Shown here piece after piece: positions 59,226 through 64,000 of a stretch of 64,000 bases of DNA (positions are counted from its first letter, which is position 1; each line of letters begins with the position of its first letter). This DNA is from the human T2T-CHM13v2.0 reference genome, Homo sapiens: assembly GCF_009914755.1 (NCBI RefSeq), contig NC_060926.1; one strand, written 5' to 3'. The notes under the pieces were generated by a model, which did no database searches, was not told where the DNA came from, and saw only the letters and a list, made by a program, of their open reading frames with translations. The translations under genes were made by a program, and so were the position numbers.

Positions 59226-60071
59226 TGATCAATGCTAGTAAAACATGGGTGTCAAACTAAAGTTTTAAGTAAAATTATTCCTTAACTTCTAAAGGCTTCA
59301 AATGTGCTGAGAATTTCCCCCTGGATAATCTCCACAAGTCTCCAACATTCTCCTCTCCTCCTCTAATTAAAAATGCCATCGTCAAAGCCATATTGTAGAA
59401 AAAAGAAATTATTTTTATTAATTTGGTTATGTTCAGTTATAATTAATGGATTTGCAAACACAGTCTGCATACCTAAACTATAACATTTGATTTCTCTGCT
59501 TCTTTTCATTGCAAATGTACATTAGTTCATCTAGGTTTGAATTTAAGTTGATTTCTATGAGCTGACCCTTCATTCCTTTTATTATTTTTGGTAGAAAAAT
59601 TATTTTTAAGTTCAGAACAACTGACAGTGAAATAAACTGTTGGAACTCAAATCGCCTGAAAGTGGGAGTTCACAATGGCTCCAAATAATTAGCTTTGGAA
59701 AGAGAGAGAGGCCTCACACCATAGCAGGGACATGAAATGAAGCTTCAGACTCCCCCACCTCGCAAAGACACAGCTTCCCAGTAGCTTCACTGTGTAACGG
59801 CAGAAGGGTCCCAGCTGGACTGTTGCATTTTAATTTCCCTGCCTCCAGATCACTGCTTGGACCACACCTTCATGACTAAGCAGTCCAGCCACTCATAGGG
59901 CAATTGGGACAATGAGGTCATATGTACCATGGGCAACGACCAGCCATTCTTCCCTGCTTATCAGGGCATGTGAGGACACCTACTGCACAGTCCGTAAGCT
60001 TCTCCAAGCTCTTTATTGGGAAGTAAAATAGGACTGAATATTTCATTACATCTCTGAGTGACTTAAAAAAA

Positions 60072-60685
60072 ATTTTTTTCATTTATTCTTTATTATTTTT
60101 TAAGTTCCAGGGTGCATGTGCAGGCTTGTTACATAAGTAAACATGTGCCATGATGGCTTCCTGCACCTATCAACCCATCACCTAGGTATTAAGCCCAGCA
60201 AGCATTAGCTCTTTTTCCTGATGCTTTCCCTGCATGACTTCCCCTAATAGGTCCCAGTATGTGTTGTTCCCCTCCCTGTGTCCATGTGTTCTCATTATTC
60301 AGCTCCCACTTATGAGTGAGAACATGCAGTGTTTGGTTTTCTATTGCTCGTTAGTTTGCTGAGGATAATAGCTTCCAGCTTCATCCATGTTCTAGCAAAA
60401 GACATGATCTTGTTCCTTTTTATGGCTGCCTAGTATTCCACGGTGTATGTGTACCATATTTTCTTTATCCAGTCTATCATTGATGGGCATTTGGTTTGAT
60501 TCCAAGTCTTTGCTACTGCGAATTGTGCTGCAATGAACATATGCGTGCATGTATCTTTATAACAGAATGATTTATATTCCTTTGAGTATATACCCAGTAA
60601 AGGGATTGTTAGGTCAAATGGTATTTCCAGTTCCAAATCTTTGAGAAATTGCCACACTGTCTTCCACAATGATTGAACTAATTTA
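60072..60685 (-). mobile_element. 5'-truncated L1PA (L1PA8-like) 3' fragment
   Basis: ORF2 C-terminus [18 protein letters not shown]... (60669-60430) plus a primate L1 3'UTR; imperfect TSD ACTT(A/T)AAAAAATTTTT. Confidence 0.92.
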
Positions 60686-61814
60686 ACTTTAAAAAATTTT
60701 TATTGGCAGTACTCTCTGAGAGACTAGAGTTATACATTAACAAGGCCAGACGTTACCATTTACATGAGAGCAAAGACCAAAAATAATAACTGCAGACCAG
60801 AGACATACCAGCCAAAATGATGTGGATGGGCAGACCTTCTTTTTCAAAGCAAGGCTTCTAGGAAGCAAGCAGCGTGTTCACATGCATTCTGACACAGGCT
60901 TCTTATCTCTTCGTGGCTGAGTAGCAAACAATTCAAATACTGGCTTCTTTGAGGAACACTTTCAGAGAAACCGAAAGTCACAGCACTACCAAAGCTGCTG
61001 ATTTTGAGATGCTGATGCAATGTTTTGCTCTTCTTTAAGTAAGGGAGAATTTCCTCTTCCCCTTTGGCATGGATAACAAAGTAATGCTGCCTCCTGCTCC
61101 CAATGACCCCTCTCCTTAAGACTCAGGCACAAGCCCATGGGACCTGGGCCAGAGGACAGTCTGGAAAGTAGATACTGTGAGTTGTTCCGCATCTCTTACA
61201 CTCCAGCAGCAAGGCATTTTCTTTGCTACATTATTATTTCTCTTAAAAAGTGTTGTTTCCCAACCAAGGGTCTGGCCATGCCTGGGATGCCTGGAAGACC
61301 ATCAAATGTCACCAGCCTGGAATGCGTGGAGGACCATCACCTCTACCTCCCCCCTCAAACCATGGCATTGACTAACATACTTAAGGAAACAAGATGCTGA
61401 CAATATCGGCTGGGTAGACCCAGTTAATTCCCCACTAAGTACACCCAATTGATTTCCCTACCTTTGAAGGTGCATTTTTTAAGGGCATTAGAAAGATTTG
61501 TTGATAACAATAAAGGCTATATTATGGAATTAACTATAGTTTACTAAATAACACTACCATACATTTACACACAAAAAAAATGCAAATGATATAGTACTAG
61601 CACCAGGATATGACACTGATATTCTCTATCAATCCTTCCTCAGTAGCATATCGGTAAATTCCACATGTAGCTAAAGAAATATCTCTCCATTTTTTTTTTT
61701 CAAATTATCTTCCACTGTTCTGCTGCTGTGGCGGCATTGCTTACTGACTCTCTTTACCTCCATATGAGTTCGCACCCCATTCTGTACCAGACCATTACTT
61801 CCTTCTATCAGGGC

Positions 61815-61930
61815 TTGTATTCATCTGTTCATTCATTCAACAAATACAGTTTAGGGTCTTCCATGTGCTGGAGTATTGTTGTAGGTATTGGAGATACAAA
61901 GATAAAGCAGATACAGCCCCTTCCAGTTTC
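61815..61930 (-). mobile_element. L2 3' end
   Basis: 'ttcattcattcaacaaatac...tgtaggtattggagatacaaagataaagcaga'. Confidence 0.7.
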
Positions 61931-61991
61931 TCTAGGATCAGGCAGCACGGAAGACTGAAAAAGGAAATGAATCTTGTACTGAGTTTTTTAA

Positions 61992-62327
<336 letters not shown>

Positions 62328-63572
62328 AAGGATTTTAATTGACATAAGCAAATGAGAGAAAAACAAAGGTAGATTTGTGAAATAAAAGATGACTTTATGC
62401 CAAATGAAAGCGAAGGAGGTTCAGGTGCCAAGGTCTCTATAGTTCAAATGGAGAAGTGGTGGAGAAATTGGGGCCACTCCAATGCCTTGTGCAACAGCAT
62501 AAGCATGCCAAATTCCAAAACCTGTACCATGACAGCCAGTAATACATTCACACTGTGAGTAGCAGTTTAAATTTCTCAAAACTTCATCTGTCACACCAAA
62601 TTTATGTTGTTAATTTGAGTTTTACTGGTTTTAGAGTTTTTTTCTTCAGTTTGTAAATTTATTTCAGTTTTATAATTAGAAGAGCTATAAGCATCAGCCT
62701 TTACACCCAGCTTTATGTTTGCACTTATGTAAGTAACATTGTCATTAAATTAACAATGACACTGAGGAAAACTGTTCCTCATGTTCACATAAGCTTTGGA
62801 AACTAATCTTTTACATTAACAGTGGTTGTTCCTAGCCATGGAGTTATCATTCCAGCTCCTATTGATGGAATCAGCCCTGTTTTCAATTTTTTAGTTGATC
62901 AGAGATGAAAGAAACGGTCCCTTTTTGTTTTCTAGAGGCTTGAGGGGACACTTCTGGCCTTCTATGTGCAGGGACTATAATTTCCCTCAAATTTATCGGT
63001 GAAAGAAAATGGTCAGTTGAGAGTTGGCAAACATGTGAAAACAATAAAGCAGAAAGGAAAACCCAATTCAGTCCATTGCCTCAAAGAATAGGGAAAAGGC
63101 TGTGTTTTCTGATAACATATCTCATGGGAGACACCAAGGGACTACTGCAGTCTGCATAGGCATGGGGAGAAGCCATGTTTTACATTACAGGTCTAGAAAG
63201 TGAAATTGAACATTGCAATCTATACCTACCCATTTGTCTCCCTATCTCTAAAAAACACATATGAGGAAAACAGTTTTGTTCTACATGGTGTCCAAAGGTT
63301 TGTCTTCAGACCTGCGCTGGTCTATGGAAAAATTTTCACTGGTCTTCAACAAAACGAGGAAGATAAGGTCAACACAGTGTTTATATAAGTATGTTGGTGT
63401 AAGGTTACCAGCTGTTCCCAGGAAGAACTGTTCTTTGTTCTAAGATGTGATGTAACCCTAGCCACACACATGCTTAAAGCAAGCGTTTCCTCCAGGTTAG
63501 GAATCAAACACATTCATGGACTTCTGGCCTTCCAAAATCACAAAGTACTGCAAAATAATGTTACATGCTAGC

Positions 63573-63608
63573 ATTTTATAATATAATAAAATTATTATAT
63601 TATAAAAT
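63573..63608. repeat. Perfect AT-only inverted repeat (17-bp arms, 2-nt spacer)
   Basis: ATTTTATAATATAATAA-AA-TTATTATATTATAAAAT; the arms are exact reverse complements. Confidence 0.9.
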
Positions 63609-63744
63609 TAAATTTATTTTATAAAATTATGTTGAGTAGAGTTCCTTTTATTTTTTATTTATTTGGACATGTAAAAAAATTACTTTTCTGTTTTGTTTTT
63701 GCTTTTTGCAGTTTTACTGGTTCGTGAAAGTTCAAGAACCATAG

Positions 63745-63965
63745 AGTAACGACAAGAGCTGTGACTTAGAGGTAAAGAAAATGGGGTTCTAACCTGAGCT
63801 TCACTACCTCGGGAAAGCTGCTTAGCCTTTCACAGTCTCAGGGCCCTCATACAAAAAAGAGACGATAGCATCATCCTTCATAGAGCCACATGTGAGGATT
63901 CATGAAACATACATAAAGCATCTGAGCACTTAATAAATGGACGTTATCATCATTGGTAGCTATCA
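63745..63965 (+). mobile_element. MIR SINE
   Basis: 'ggggttctaacctgagcttcactac...gcttagcctttc...catgtgaggattcatga...acataaagcatctgagcacttaataaatgg'. Confidence 0.7.
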
Positions 63966-64000
63966 GCTCTTGGTTTTCTTTCTTTCTTTTCTTTTTCTTT

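Overview
This is primate (very probably human) genomic DNA, either intergenic or intronic. It is AT-rich, CpG-depleted and dominated by interspersed repeats, and I recognise no intact protein-coding exon. Main contents: (1) a complete minus-strand processed pseudogene of NDUFA4 at 33960-34441. It keeps ancestral residues and the miR-147b/miR-210 seed site, and its target site was also used by an Alu. (2) An old L1MB-type LINE at about 26.05-33.3 kb with nested insertions (MER44, MER4 LTR, THE1 LTR, Alus). (3) A deleted ERV1 provirus at about 40.35-46.39 kb with a tRNA-Arg PBS, gag, RNase H, integrase and env remnants, and a 3' LTR. (4) A full-length but dead L1PA7-like element at 48406-54890 with a 15-bp TSD. 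(5) About 19 Alus or Alu monomers plus many MIR, L2, MaLR and ERVL relics. Unique stretches hold candidate plus-strand non-coding exons, transcription-factor motif clusters and one weak RT-like peptide relic. Repeat subfamily names come from recalled consensus sequences and need RepeatMasker/Dfam confirmation. I find no convincing new biological system; the findings are graded hypotheses.
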